64,000 nt of DNA from positions 2,363 through 66,362 of the IMG/VR virus record IMGVR_UViG_3300006751_000008; one strand, given 5' to 3'. How positions within the stretch are numbered: position 1 is the stretch's first letter; the number at the start of each line of letters is the position of its first letter. Shown one piece after another: positions 26,988-38,700 of this stretch. The translations under genes and the position numbers were made by a program. This stretch comes from a virus. The notes under the pieces were generated by a model that was not told where the DNA came from, did not search any database, and worked only from the letters and a program-made list of their open reading frames with translations.

Positions 26988-28754
26988 ATGGCAAAGATAA
27001 AAAGTACAGGCTTGATCGATCCGTCGAGTCATCGGACTAAGGAAAGTTCGTGGATGGATGGTCCCTCTTTGCCGGGGGTAGGAAGCGGAGGATGGGGTGG
27101 CTATTTCGCAGATATCTTCAGGATCAAGATCGACTATATCCTGGAACTCCATGTACACGGTAGAATCGAGGCCAGTGTTTGTCTGCCCATTACCCCAAGC
27201 ATGATATCGATAAAGAGACCTGCATCCACACTTGTTACGCACACATTCGGGACCACTCCTGTTCGAGAACACGCCTACAACAGACATCTCGAAATAGAGA
27301 TAAGAGGCGTGTCGGGACATGCTCACAGGCAGGGCAACACGGCGGACGGAAAAACAGAGTTTATGGACGGCTACCATATCGTTCAGGAGTTCGATGCTTT
27401 CCTAGATAAGTATCAATCGAAGGCTGTGGAGGAGAACGGGAAGGCTTGGTTGGGAACAGAGCAGTTCCGAAATCGTAGAAACGCCTGCTATCTTGTTTTC
27501 CGTGCTTTGAACGAGAAACTTCACGTCCTGGTTGAGCCTACGATGTGGGAAGTGACTAGAGATGCTAAGAAGACGCGAGTTGGTTGTGATTGGATGCTTT
27601 CTCTACAGGCATACAAGGCGTTTGGCGCGAAAGAACCTATGGGGCTCCTGGGACCGTTGGAGGACTATGTAAACTACGCAACAAGGATGATTGACGCCGG
27701 GAACAACATGATAGCCTTTGCCAACAACTTCATGGCTTCTACGAACCAAGCGATAGATGTTTTGAGAGGTCCGGGCCGTGCTTTGACTCGAATGTCTCAA
27801 CAAATACGCTATGTGATGGAGAGTGCGGGTTCGATTCACGCGAACGCCAGAGGTCTTCTCATGGACTACGCGGTAGCTGTTCAGGGCTTCTCTGCTGCTG
27901 TGAACGAAGCTAGGGATCTTGGGGATGCCGGACCTATGGCTGGTGAGGGTTCCGCTCTTTCGGATGCTTGGGATAGAATCTCTTGGGATGGGGAGAGATC
28001 GGCTATTCTTGCCCGTGATGCTATGGGTGCGATTGGTGCAGGGCCTATTCTGTTAGATGCTGCCGTTGAGTCGTATGAGGATGTTACTTCTACATGGAAA
28101 AGCGGTGAGAATACCACCTTGTATTCCTTTGTACCGGCAGAAAAGGGGTACGGTCCTGTTGCTAATCCGTTCATAATGGGCATAGCCATGGACCTATTCC
28201 TCATAGCGCAGGCTATCTATGGAAATAGCTCAGAATGGGAAACCATTGCTCATTTCAACGACATGCCGGACGCTTACACAAAGAGCGACGGTACGCTTCT
28301 TATGCCGGGGGATGTTATCTATCTACCGGATGTACCTCATGCCTCTCAGCCAATGGTCGCGGGGCCGTCTGGTAATCCTACAGATGTCTTCGGGGAGGAT
28401 CTCCTGCTCGAAGACGGCGATTTAGTGATCAAAGCAGGTAAACTAGACGTAAAGACAGTGCGCGGACCTGCTCTTCTTGAACAGGCTCTTAGAAACCGCT
28501 TGTCTACGCCTCAGGGCACGTCCAAATCGTTTCCAGGATACGGGGTACCTGTCGTGCCCGGAGATACGATACAACCCAGCATGTTGGGGTATCTCGGAAG
28601 TCATTTTCGTGGGCAGGTACTTAGAGATTTACGGTTCAAAGATGTTGTCGATGTAAGCATAGCGGATGAGGGCGATACATTGAGCGTTTTTGTGGAAGCG
28701 ATTCCTCATATGGCAAAACCCGTTTATACAGTAGTTCCTTTCAACTCGGAGTAG
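26988..28754 (+). CDS. Baseplate protein: tube-initiator-like + LysM/gpX-like + gp25-like fusion
   Basis: IAQAIYGNSSEWETIAHFN...PGDVIYLP (LysM-like); FGEDLLLEDGDL..LEQALRNRLSTPQG..PGYG (gp25/gpW-like). Confidence 0.7.
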   Translation: MAKIKSTGLIDPSSHRTKESSWMDGPSLPGVGSGGWGGYFADIFRIKIDYILELHVHGRIEASVCLPITPSMISIKRPASTLVTHTFGTTPVREHAYNRHLEIEIRGVSGHAHRQGNTADGKTEFMDGYHIVQEFDAFLDKYQSKAVEENGKAWLGTEQFRNRRNACYLVFRALNEKLHVLVEPTMWEVTRDAKKTRVGCDWMLSLQAYKAFGAKEPMGLLGPLEDYVNYATRMIDAGNNMIAFANNFMASTNQAIDVLRGPGRALTRMSQQIRYVMESAGSIHANARGLLMDYAVAVQGFSAAVNEARDLGDAGPMAGEGSALSDAWDRISWDGERSAILARDAMGAIGAGPILLDAAVESYEDVTSTWKSGENTTLYSFVPAEKGYGPVANPFIMGIAMDLFLIAQAIYGNSSEWETIAHFNDMPDAYTKSDGTLLMPGDVIYLPDVPHASQPMVAGPSGNPTDVFGEDLLLEDGDLVIKAGKLDVKTVRGPALLEQALRNRLSTPQGTSKSFPGYGVPVVPGDTIQPSMLGYLGSHFRGQVLRDLRFKDVVDVSIADEGDTLSVFVEAIPHMAKPVYTVVPFNSE

Positions 28755-28816
28755 TGTTTACTGTAGCCAATCCGCAACAAATCCGATAAGATTCGGGCCG
28801 CAGGGAGTAGATAGAA

Positions 28817-30280
28817 ATGGCATTCTCACCAAGAACTAGCACAGATGTACTCAAGACTTTAGCAGGTCGTGTGATCCAGCGTAGTTCTCTCTCTGATTTA
28901 GTGGAAGGATCTGTCCTTACACATATCTTGGCGTCGATTGCCGATGAGATAGTAAGCTACGAGCTACGGTTGTCTTCTCTACGTGACAGTTTTCACTTTA
29001 CAAATACCACAGGCAACTACCTAGATATTCGGTGCGCGGAACTTCCTCCTAGAGGCATAGCAAGGAACGCTGCGTCTGTTGCTTCCGGTAGTGTTATGCA
29101 GATTACCAGGGAAGATCTCGACGAGACAGGAGATAACCCCTACCCGGCAGATCTCGCGATTCCAGCAGGAACAGAGTTCGAGAATCCCGATACTGGTGTA
29201 GCCTACATTACCGTAGGAGATAACACCATTCCAGCAGGTGCGCCTAGTCTGGATGGTGTCTATATTGTGTCCGTAACACCGGGCACAGCAGCCAATGCCG
29301 GTCTCGGAGAGATTACCGAAAAGACTGTTGGTCCAGAAGAGATTATAGCGGTCACCAACACGCTGCCTTTGGCGAACGCAACCAACCTAGAGTCTGACGG
29401 ACACTTGCGGATGAGGGTAGCAAAATACCTCAGTTCGTTGGCGAGGTGTCAGCCAAAGGCTTTAGAATATGCCGCTTTGACTTTTCGATCTAGTTCCGGG
29501 CAGGTGGCTAAATGGGCCACTGTCTACGAAGATCCGATTCGTCCCGGTTATTCCGAGATCATTATCGACGACGGTTCCGCTCTTGTTGACCTACAACGCG
29601 ACGGTGGAAAGTCTACAGGTGTTGTATCCTCTACAGGCGTATTCGCCATGTACTTCGAGAGGCCTGCGACAAAGAACATAGATAAAGTGGTCATCGTAAC
29701 TCCTCCCGGACAGCCTGCCAAGGCTTCTCTCACCGAGGCGGGAAAAGATTATGTAAGCATTCCCGAACGCGGAGTCCTGTACCTCACAAAGCAAGGTCAG
29801 GAAAAACTGTCTCCTGGAGATACGTGGGTTATTGAGAACCAGAACGACGGAACTCCGTACCGTGTCTACACAGACCTTGTTGCTGAACTTCAGGGCTACC
29901 TGGAAGGTAGTGTGTCGGACCCAACAGGAAGGCCCGGTTTACGTGCTTCAGGTACACGAGTTCGTGTGAAGACACCTACGTTGGATAAGTTTGCTGTAGA
30001 TATCTGGTTCGCTCCTGTTACGGGCGTAGCGCACGAAGACCTGAAGGGCCTTGTGGTAACATCGGTTGTCCAGTTCTGCCAGCAGTTGGCTCCTGGACAG
30101 TCCTTGATCGTGGCGCAGCTTATCGACTACCTAATGAATGAAGGTAGGTTGCAGAACATACGGCTCTATAAACCAGGCACTTTTACTCCTTTAGAGGACG
30201 TGGAGGTCCAAAACTACTGGTTCGCCTTGCGGGCAACCAGTGGCGACATCAACATTGTTGCTTCACCTGAGGGAGACTAA
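28817..30280 (+). CDS. Baseplate wedge protein J-like
   Basis: DLVEGSV, TGNYLD, IPAGT, GTAAN, ESDGHLRMR motifs. Confidence 0.9.
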   Translation: MAFSPRTSTDVLKTLAGRVIQRSSLSDLVEGSVLTHILASIADEIVSYELRLSSLRDSFHFTNTTGNYLDIRCAELPPRGIARNAASVASGSVMQITREDLDETGDNPYPADLAIPAGTEFENPDTGVAYITVGDNTIPAGAPSLDGVYIVSVTPGTAANAGLGEITEKTVGPEEIIAVTNTLPLANATNLESDGHLRMRVAKYLSSLARCQPKALEYAALTFRSSSGQVAKWATVYEDPIRPGYSEIIIDDGSALVDLQRDGGKSTGVVSSTGVFAMYFERPATKNIDKVVIVTPPGQPAKASLTEAGKDYVSIPERGVLYLTKQGQEKLSPGDTWVIENQNDGTPYRVYTDLVAELQGYLEGSVSDPTGRPGLRASGTRVRVKTPTLDKFAVDIWFAPVTGVAHEDLKGLVVTSVVQFCQQLAPGQSLIVAQLIDYLMNEGRLQNIRLYKPGTFTPLEDVEVQNYWFALRATSGDINIVASPEGD

Positions 30281-30283
30281 GCG

Positions 30284-32530
30284 ATGCCTACAACTTACTG
30301 GTGGGACAACGTACTACAAGACGCTGTTCGTTTCGAGGCTCTTGAGCGTTTGGATCTTGTCGATGCGAACGCACTACAGAGACTCGTTCTCAAATATAAT
30401 GAAGAACTTCTTGGCGGTTTGATGGGCCATGGTGCCGGGTGTCTCACTCGACCATGGGTCACATACGAGTACCCCTCTTCCTTGAAAGGAGGAATGAACG
30501 GGCCGTACTACGTGAACATCGGACCTTTCCAGATGTACTACAGCTACGAAGGTCGCAGGTCTGATGGTACGCCTATTGTAACAACCCCTCCCGCTAACGC
30601 CGTATTTGAAAACGGTTACTGGTCTTCTGGCGGCGATCCTACGAAGACCAATTCTATGGACGACGACGGTAAGGAATATACTACCATCTTCAACGGCACG
30701 CACTACATGCCTGCAACACCGGATAACTCAGGACAGTATCGCGGAATGGTGTTGAGCCATGACCCAGAGGACGCGGTACAACAAGCGCACAGCCGGGTAG
30801 ACATCACAGCCGTCTTACAGAGCAACTACAATGATTTCAAAGATCCTGTATTCGGTAAGGCCTTCAAACACTTCTATATCTATGCACGCCCTGCCATTGT
30901 AGACTCGGAAGAAGACGCTAGACGAAAATGGTCGGTAACAGAGAACACAGAGGTTCCGACAACTATCAAGACCCGTAAGCGGACTAGGATACAGTTCACT
31001 GTAGCGCAGGACACGCCTTCTGTGCCTATCGACGGGGACGGATTCCCGACAGAACCTCCATGGGTCAAGGTTGCTACTTTCGGCACTGGTCAACTTGATA
31101 TGACCTTTACGGGTGGTACCTCCCTAGCTCCTATCGATCCAAGCGTGTACTGGATATCCGCCTTTGACACAGAGAACAACTTCGAGTGGACGGGGGAGTT
31201 CCAGAATGGACAAGTGCCTTTCGGGGCACCTCGGGACAATGCTGGAGCCAGTAACCTGCTGTTCTTTGGTGGTTTAGATGCCGGGTACATTCAATCGGGT
31301 GTGTTCGGAGAGAAGAAAGATCTAGGCATAATCCGGTTGACCCATTTGATTCGTAGGCAGATACGAGCAATCTGCTTCGGGAATAGTCCCGGCGTAGAGC
31401 CTTGGTACGGAACTCCGAGTATTAGTCTCGCTTACATAAAGAAATGGATGAACCTCGTCTGGTTCGATTTTGACGGGCAAGAGGGTTCAGAGAATGGACT
31501 AGGGCCTTCGGTTAACTTCGACGAAGACGCAGGGCTTCTACCTTCTGCTCTTTCTTGGGGCAGGTATCTTATGCCCTTCGATGACCAATGGACTACGGGA
31601 GACACCAATGCTTTCTATCCTGAAACGTACCTACATGCTTGCGGTACCGTATTTCTGCACGGTTATGACGCGGACGAGTTCGGTACTGGACAAGGAATCT
31701 ACAAAATAGGCTTCCGGGGTTTTGGGTTAGAGCATGTGGAAGGGTCTACGCTGTACACTTGGCACCAGGGTGGTGTTTGGTCCCCGTACTCCTTCATGTT
31801 TCGTCTAGCTACGAACAACCAGTACGAGCCGACTGAGGGTGTGAAATACGAGGGATATACGAACCACCACGAACATATCTTCGACGGACATTATCCTTTC
31901 GAGGTCATCGCGATTCACGCCACTCCTACGGGCAATCCGCACTATTGGCAGGGAGGAAATGCTCTTGGTTTCAAAGACCTTCTTCCTCCAAATGGAACAA
32001 TGAACGAAGAAAGTGCTGCTAACCCGAACGGGGAGATGGACGGAACAACCAAGGGTAGAGACTGGTATAAAGGAAGCGCGAAACACGGGGTACATGGTGA
32101 AATTGACGGGATTCCTGCCGTAGGAACTCCTCATGTTATCTTTCCCCTCTACAACTCCGATGGTTCTTATGACCACAGAGATTTCCAGATTAGGACCATT
32201 TCTCACGTTATTGGGCCTGCTCTTTCGTCGGAGTTCCTCGCAATGGGTGAACACCTTGCTTCCGACTATTTCGCGGCAGGTGATGATTTTGGCGAGACAC
32301 ACACCCCCAATGGTCCGGCGCACAGCCATCCTGGGGATACGAAGAAAGACGTGTGGTCAGCCCTAAAGACATTCTTCAAGGGGTTCGGAACACAGGGGCA
32401 GCCAACTGCGGCAGGTGCTTGGCCGCACGATACTGGAATGACTACAGGTAGGCAGAAGTACCCATTTCATATGTATCCGCTCTGTTCGGTAAGCGTTTGG
32501 TGTCGTCGCAAATCTAAGGCGAAAAACTAA
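30284..32530 (+). CDS. Baseplate / tail fibre-associated structural protein
   Basis: 748 aa after gpJ; G/P/aromatic-rich; coupled start. Confidence 0.55.
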   Translation: MPTTYWWDNVLQDAVRFEALERLDLVDANALQRLVLKYNEELLGGLMGHGAGCLTRPWVTYEYPSSLKGGMNGPYYVNIGPFQMYYSYEGRRSDGTPIVTTPPANAVFENGYWSSGGDPTKTNSMDDDGKEYTTIFNGTHYMPATPDNSGQYRGMVLSHDPEDAVQQAHSRVDITAVLQSNYNDFKDPVFGKAFKHFYIYARPAIVDSEEDARRKWSVTENTEVPTTIKTRKRTRIQFTVAQDTPSVPIDGDGFPTEPPWVKVATFGTGQLDMTFTGGTSLAPIDPSVYWISAFDTENNFEWTGEFQNGQVPFGAPRDNAGASNLLFFGGLDAGYIQSGVFGEKKDLGIIRLTHLIRRQIRAICFGNSPGVEPWYGTPSISLAYIKKWMNLVWFDFDGQEGSENGLGPSVNFDEDAGLLPSALSWGRYLMPFDDQWTTGDTNAFYPETYLHACGTVFLHGYDADEFGTGQGIYKIGFRGFGLEHVEGSTLYTWHQGGVWSPYSFMFRLATNNQYEPTEGVKYEGYTNHHEHIFDGHYPFEVIAIHATPTGNPHYWQGGNALGFKDLLPPNGTMNEESAANPNGEMDGTTKGRDWYKGSAKHGVHGEIDGIPAVGTPHVIFPLYNSDGSYDHRDFQIRTISHVIGPALSSEFLAMGEHLASDYFAAGDDFGETHTPNGPAHSHPGDTKKDVWSALKTFFKGFGTQGQPTAAGAWPHDTGMTTGRQKYPFHMYPLCSVSVWCRRKSKAKN

Positions 32531-32547
32531 TGAGGGGGTACTAGACC

Positions 32548-33732
32548 ATGGCAATCACGACTATTGCGTCAGCAAACGCAGATCCTCAAAATAACCCAGC
32601 AGACGACTTGATCCTGTCGCTGTCGAACGACGCTCCTATGGTAACGCCTCAGGACATTGCAACACAGCAGTTGTATGGGTTCGCTACAGACAGCGGGGAC
32701 GCGGGGGCTTCATGGGTTTACTCATGGAGTATCCTGTCTTCTCCTCCTTCGAGCACGGCGGCAATCATATCGGCTACAGCGCAGAACGTGCAGGTACAGA
32801 ACTTCAATGCTTGGGGAAACATACGCTTGTTTCTTGTCGCCACGAACTCAAACACAGGACACTCTTCAGAAGCAGATCCTCTGAAAGCTCCATCGAGTTC
32901 CTTCGTAACGATACGGATGCGTTCACCTAAACACGGCATCCAGAAAATGGCAGGAGGAGAAAGAAACTGGATGGGTGCTGCCTGGGAATGGGCGGACGCC
33001 ATTGAGAACATGCAGGCAGGCGTAGGCGACCACACAATAAACTTTCACTCAGATGTAAACAACGCTACAGGCGCGGACTTGGATGTTCTATCTCAGGGCG
33101 GGTATGCGATAGACCCGGACGGGTCTAACCCGATGAACCCGCAAGGATTCTCGCCTCTCCACAGACATATGGGTAGTGACGTAGATCCGGCCACAACGAG
33201 TTCCCTCGGTACCGTTGTACTGGCAGATACTCCGCTTGACGCAGCCAACCCGTTAGCATTGAGCCGGGAGTACATTACCTACACGGCCTCCGTAGATGTA
33301 ATTTCGGGAGTAAAGGGATTATCTCCCTACGCCACAATACCTATGTCTGCCTTCCTTGGCGGTACTGTAAGTCCTATGATCGCTATCTGGGCGTGTCCGT
33401 GGGGGGGTATCGAGTATTACAAGTGGAGCGTGTTTATCTTGGATGGTGGCGGGACTTCAACACAGCCTTTCGAGTTTACGTTGCACTGGTGCTCTTCTCT
33501 TGCGGACGTTCTTGCCTCTAACTGGACGCAGGTACAAACAGCGACAGGGACAGACGTAAAAATGCAGTTCAACCAAGCAGGCAACAATCACGCTCCAATC
33601 GGTGGAGAGACAATCGAACTACCTCCGTGGGAGACAACAAAACGCGGATACATAGGCCTGGGAATGGCAAGGGAGCCTGCCGGGGTAGAGGTTGCTGCGG
33701 GCATTAGGGCCACTCTCATCTTGAAGAAGTAG
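32548..33732 (+). CDS. Tail fibre-associated protein (PKD-like N-terminus)
   Basis: YSWSILSSPPSSTA PKD-like motif; ATTSSLGTVVL fibre-repeat-like motif. Confidence 0.55.
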   Translation: MAITTIASANADPQNNPADDLILSLSNDAPMVTPQDIATQQLYGFATDSGDAGASWVYSWSILSSPPSSTAAIISATAQNVQVQNFNAWGNIRLFLVATNSNTGHSSEADPLKAPSSSFVTIRMRSPKHGIQKMAGGERNWMGAAWEWADAIENMQAGVGDHTINFHSDVNNATGADLDVLSQGGYAIDPDGSNPMNPQGFSPLHRHMGSDVDPATTSSLGTVVLADTPLDAANPLALSREYITYTASVDVISGVKGLSPYATIPMSAFLGGTVSPMIAIWACPWGGIEYYKWSVFILDGGGTSTQPFEFTLHWCSSLADVLASNWTQVQTATGTDVKMQFNQAGNNHAPIGGETIELPPWETTKRGYIGLGMAREPAGVEVAAGIRATLILKK

Positions 33733-33740
33733 GGGAAGAT

Positions 33741-35741
33741 ATGGGAAACAAGATAAACAACAGTCCTCCGTCGTACCGAGAAGGTTCAAGACCCTCCAAC
33801 GTCAACTCTGGTACGCCTTACAGCGATGTACTTCTTCACGAAGACATCGTAGATGTAAAGGGCACAGGGGCAGCGGATGGTGCGGTAAAGTTGAACTACG
33901 TCGGTACGTTCTATAAGAACACCGGGGATATACACGCTTCGGGTTATACGAACCCTAGCCGGTTAGTTCTCCATGGTTCCTATCCTATGACCAAAACCAT
34001 TGTCGTAGATGCGGTAAACGCCGCTGTAGGCTCTGGGAACACCTTTACTCTTACTATTGGGTGGCACGGTAGCAGTAACACCGATGTTCTTACTGTTACG
34101 GCGGGCGCGAATGCAAACGCTACAGCGGAAGCCATAAGGACAGCGATTGAAGCCGATGCCGTATGGCATGCCTACATTCATTGTTGGGTAGCTCCTGCTT
34201 CCTTATCTACTGTCCACTTTATTATTCGAGAAGATCGCTTTCGGAATATGACTATCGCGTCGAATGACGTGAAAGTCGTTTCTAATCTATCGGGCTACTA
34301 CGAGACTGGGGGTGTTCAGCTTCTCGGAAACTACCTGTTTGATACAGAGTTCCAGTTTAGCCAACCTCCGCAAGGTCGGCAGGATGTCGTTATTCAAGGG
34401 GCTGCGTTTCGTCCTCCTCAATGGAGGGGTTACGGGGTCACATATGCAAATAGAGACACACGTAGACACTGGCCTGAAATAATAAGCGACGGGGTACCGC
34501 GCCTGAAAGTCCTTTGTCTGGATCACGATATGATCGACACAGAGTCAGCAGGTGTGAAGTACAAAGCACAAACAGTACAGGAATGGGTTGCTGCTAAAGG
34601 TACCTCTTTCGGAGAAGACTTCGACAACACGAAAGTACAGTTTATCCGGGATATCTGGATGCAGTCGAAAACCCCATGGACTAACGGGGCCTCTAACATA
34701 AGCTGGCACATTTCTGTTGGCAGAAAAGGGTCTAACCCGACAGCAGGCGGTACATACGCGCAACACAGCGCACATTACGACTTGATGGAGCCTGCTTGTG
34801 TGGGTGCTATCGACAGTGGCGGTAACCAACTTGTTGCAGCGAAACAGATACACGGTTCCGATGCAGACGGACAATTTGGGGACTTCCTCCATCCATTCGT
34901 CGGTGGTACCGCTTTGACTCAATCCACCAACTCCGGCCCTTCGGCTTCCGGGTCGCAGGTCTTCCAGGGTGTTGTTAGTGGGTCTTTTGCGGCAACAAAT
35001 ACCTATGCTACGTGGGGAGTGGCTCTTGCTACAGCCTCCGGGACACCATGTCCCGGTATTATGGTGCCAAGAACTAGCCGGTTGGTTGGTTTCACAGTGA
35101 AGTATATGGGCGCGGATGAGTTTGCCGCTGCTTCTGGAAGCAACAGTATCTCTTTCGAGGTCGGGTATATCCCGCTTGCGTCGGCTCCTACTACGGCCAA
35201 CTTCACCTCTATAGATTATTTCGGTGCTGCTCCGTACAGCACCAACCAAGGAATCAAGGCAACCTTCTCAAACACACACGACAACACTTACCCACAAGTG
35301 TCGCTAGATTATACGAGCGAACTCAGTGCGGGAGGTGTCGGTATGATGGGACGGCCTCCGATTGTTCAAGGCGGTACGCTACTGGCTGTTCGATCTACAA
35401 AAGTAGGTTCTCCACAAGACAAGTCGGGGAACACGGACGCAGACTTTGTTGTGTCGCTTATTCTTGAGCCTGTGTGCGCGAAGGGCTCTTCTCTCAGAGA
35501 AGGGGCAACACCGTGGCTGAACCTTACCGATGGCGGTACAGGTCTCGCCTACCATAACGCAGAGATGGAAATCACTTTTGAGGGATATGATGCCGCTACT
35601 GGTCGGGTTGGGTCACCTCCCGATATCAATACCGTGACGGCTGGAGAGACCTGGATCTACGTCTTGTATGACGAACTCACTCCTGCGACGGCTTACTCTA
35701 CAGCTTTCCTTACAGCGGACGCAGACACCGGGGGTAGATAA
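33741..35741 (+). CDS. Virion structural / receptor-binding-like protein
   Basis: 666 aa, G/S/T/A-rich beta protein in the tail fibre region. Confidence 0.55.
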   Translation: MGNKINNSPPSYREGSRPSNVNSGTPYSDVLLHEDIVDVKGTGAADGAVKLNYVGTFYKNTGDIHASGYTNPSRLVLHGSYPMTKTIVVDAVNAAVGSGNTFTLTIGWHGSSNTDVLTVTAGANANATAEAIRTAIEADAVWHAYIHCWVAPASLSTVHFIIREDRFRNMTIASNDVKVVSNLSGYYETGGVQLLGNYLFDTEFQFSQPPQGRQDVVIQGAAFRPPQWRGYGVTYANRDTRRHWPEIISDGVPRLKVLCLDHDMIDTESAGVKYKAQTVQEWVAAKGTSFGEDFDNTKVQFIRDIWMQSKTPWTNGASNISWHISVGRKGSNPTAGGTYAQHSAHYDLMEPACVGAIDSGGNQLVAAKQIHGSDADGQFGDFLHPFVGGTALTQSTNSGPSASGSQVFQGVVSGSFAATNTYATWGVALATASGTPCPGIMVPRTSRLVGFTVKYMGADEFAAASGSNSISFEVGYIPLASAPTTANFTSIDYFGAAPYSTNQGIKATFSNTHDNTYPQVSLDYTSELSAGGVGMMGRPPIVQGGTLLAVRSTKVGSPQDKSGNTDADFVVSLILEPVCAKGSSLREGATPWLNLTDGGTGLAYHNAEMEITFEGYDAATGRVGSPPDINTVTAGETWIYVLYDELTPATAYSTAFLTADADTGGR

Positions 35742-38700
35742 TGGCTGTTGCTGTCTTCTTCTCTGAACGGTCCTATCTAGGCGACTCTAAGTCGGAAACG
35801 CTTCTTTCAGTAGAGAGAAGACGCAGCGACTACGGTTACAAGGAGGACGATGTTGTCTCTCTTGTTTATACTGCGCCTGCTAATAGAGGAACTGTCGTAG
35901 AAGGTGACAAGAGGGTTGTTTATCCAAGCCAGACCTCCCGTGCAACAGATAGCCGTCGAAGTTCCGAACTGCTTCACGCTCCTACCATCCGGGGAGATAT
36001 CTTCCAAAGCGAGAGGCTTGAACGGGCAGCAGATGGCCGTGCCTTCCCTCACGAAGTGGTATCAGACAGGACGTTTGTCTCTGGGACCATGCACCTCTGT
36101 CCTAGTGGAAGGGCTACCGTCCATGTAACTGGACGTGTGCGTCCTTCGATGCACGGAGAGCGTTACTCGGAAAGAGCGGTACATCCGAGAGTGTCTGGTT
36201 CTACTGGTGAGAAAGTCCGTCTCACAAACCTCACAGCAACGGTAAGCGGGTCAAACAGGGTAGTCTTCGGCGTAGAGTGGACAAAAGGTACTGCTGTGTT
36301 CTCAAGCGGCGGTTGGTGCGTTTCTCCTACGTCATTCAGAGGACAAAACAACCTTGTCTACGGGGAAACTAGAGGTGGCGGAAATCCTACCTCGTTTCCC
36401 TTGGCTCTAGCTATGTTCTTTGAGGCTGACGAGGAAGATAAATACGATCTGGGATACTACGAGAGGCCTTTGCACAACACGTTGTATAAAGGTGTCCGGG
36501 GCAATGTCACAAGACGTTCTTGGGGGGCTCTACATCATGTATGGCCTGCCGATAGTGAAACATTCGAGATACGCGGCAGCAGAGATGCCGTTTCTCTGTC
36601 TCTAAGGAGCGTTCCTGTACCAAGTCCTACAACCTGTGTTCTCACACTAAGGGGTATGGAATCCCTTGCTGGAGATACAACGGCAGACACGCTTTATCTA
36701 CATAGCGCGGACGGTTCTGCTACGCCATTTAGCACAGACGCCTCTGTGTCATATAGTGCAGGAAGGGCTTCCATTATAGGAACATCGGTAGCAGCGGCAG
36801 CGGCTACGGCTAAAATCATACTGCCAGCAGGGTCTACGAATACGAGGCTTGGAAAAGAGAAGGCAGCAGCTACCATTACGCTTAGAAAAGAGGCTACAGC
36901 GGCTCTTCTAGCGACAAAAACAATAACAGTCACGGACTCTTCTGGTACGTCGCAGAAGCTGACATTCAACAACACTACGACATCGAACGCTTCTGGTACT
37001 ATCGGCATTCAAGGAGAGACACTAGCGCAGATGGCTAAGTCAGTCGTCGATTCGATCAACGCTCTTGGGAGTCTTGCGATAACGGCATCCCCTGCTACTC
37101 CGTCTGCGGACTCGAATGGTGACTATGTGGTCACACTTCTACAGGATGCGACAGGTGCGGAAGGAAATACACCTATCCAACACTCCTTTTATCAACAGCG
37201 TGCGGATACCTACCTTATCTCTGTTTCCTCCTCTTTCTCTGGTGGTGCTGTGAAGACTTTCTCTCTTGTCGATGGCAACAGCGAGAACCAGATATTCACG
37301 TTCGACAACACTACGACATCGAATGCTTCTGGTACTATCGGCATTCAAGGAGAGACACTGGCGCAGATGGCTAAGTCAGTCGTTGATTCGATCAACGCCT
37401 TGAGTAGTCTCGCAATAACGGCCTCTCCTGCTACTCCGTCTGCGGACTCGAATGGTGACTATGTGGTCACACTTACGCAGAACGCTGCGGGGCTTTCTGG
37501 AAATACTGTCATAACGAACAACTATTTCAACCGTGATATCGTCCAGTATTCGAGCGCATTTTCTGGAGGAACAGGGTCTTCTGGAAGTCTAATGACAGAG
37601 GCTCTGTACAAGACGCTGGAGTCGGCTATCTTTGCGGGCAGATTGAAAGGTACTCTATCGTCTTATACGGCGGGCCAAGACTCCTTTACTTTGACTCAAG
37701 ATTCTCCGGGTACGCTGGGCAACGGAAAACCTTACGGGGCTTCTGTGACAAACGGGCACATTCGGTACACTCAGGTGGCTGGTGTGGATTCAAATGGGCA
37801 GGCTTCCATTACTCTTTCTTCGGCTGACCGGGTGGGGCACACAAGCATCGTTCCTGGATTACGGCCTGCCACAGCTACGTTCACTTTCTCGGACAAACCA
37901 AACGAGACTTCTACCATCTCTATCGTGGATTCTGACGGTACTGTCATAGTCTTTGAGGTAGACAACGAAAATAACGGTGCTGCTGGTAGCAATGTAGCTC
38001 TAAACGGCATTTCTGCGGCTGGAGGCGGCGCAACGGGGACTGCTGCGGACCTAACCGCCAAGATCAACGCACAAAGTGCTTTGGACATCGTAGCAACTAA
38101 TCCTGCTGCCGGTCAGGTGGTGTTGACACAAGGCACTGCCGGTCAGGCAGGGAACACAACGATCACAACGAACAACGCTACCCATTGGGACAGTGTGTGT
38201 AGCGTCAATGTGCCTACTCGCTTTAGCGAAGGAACGAACCTTTCGGACGGGCAGACCATAGTCGTCGATTCTACTGATGGAGGTAGGCGGACCTTTCGCG
38301 GCATGTACACAGGAACTAACGGTAACAGGAACACCGATGGTTCTATTCAGTTTGTCGTTGTTAGTTCCAGCTATGTGACAACGAAGGACAACCTACAGGC
38401 TGCGATTGTCTCTGCTAACGGGCACAGTGGACGTATTACCGCTTCTTCTGTTCCTGGTGTGACTGCTTACGCGACCTTCACTTTCTCCGACAAGCCGAAC
38501 GAGACTTCTACCATCACCCTCGTAGATTCTGACGGTACTACCGTCGTCTTTGAGGTGGACAACGAGAACAACGGCGTAACAGGAAGCAATGTGGCTCTGA
38601 ATGGCATTGCGGCGGCTGGAGGCGGTGCAACGGGGACTGCTGCGGACCTAACCGCCAAGATCAACGCACAAAGTGCCCTCGATATCGTCGCTAAAAACCC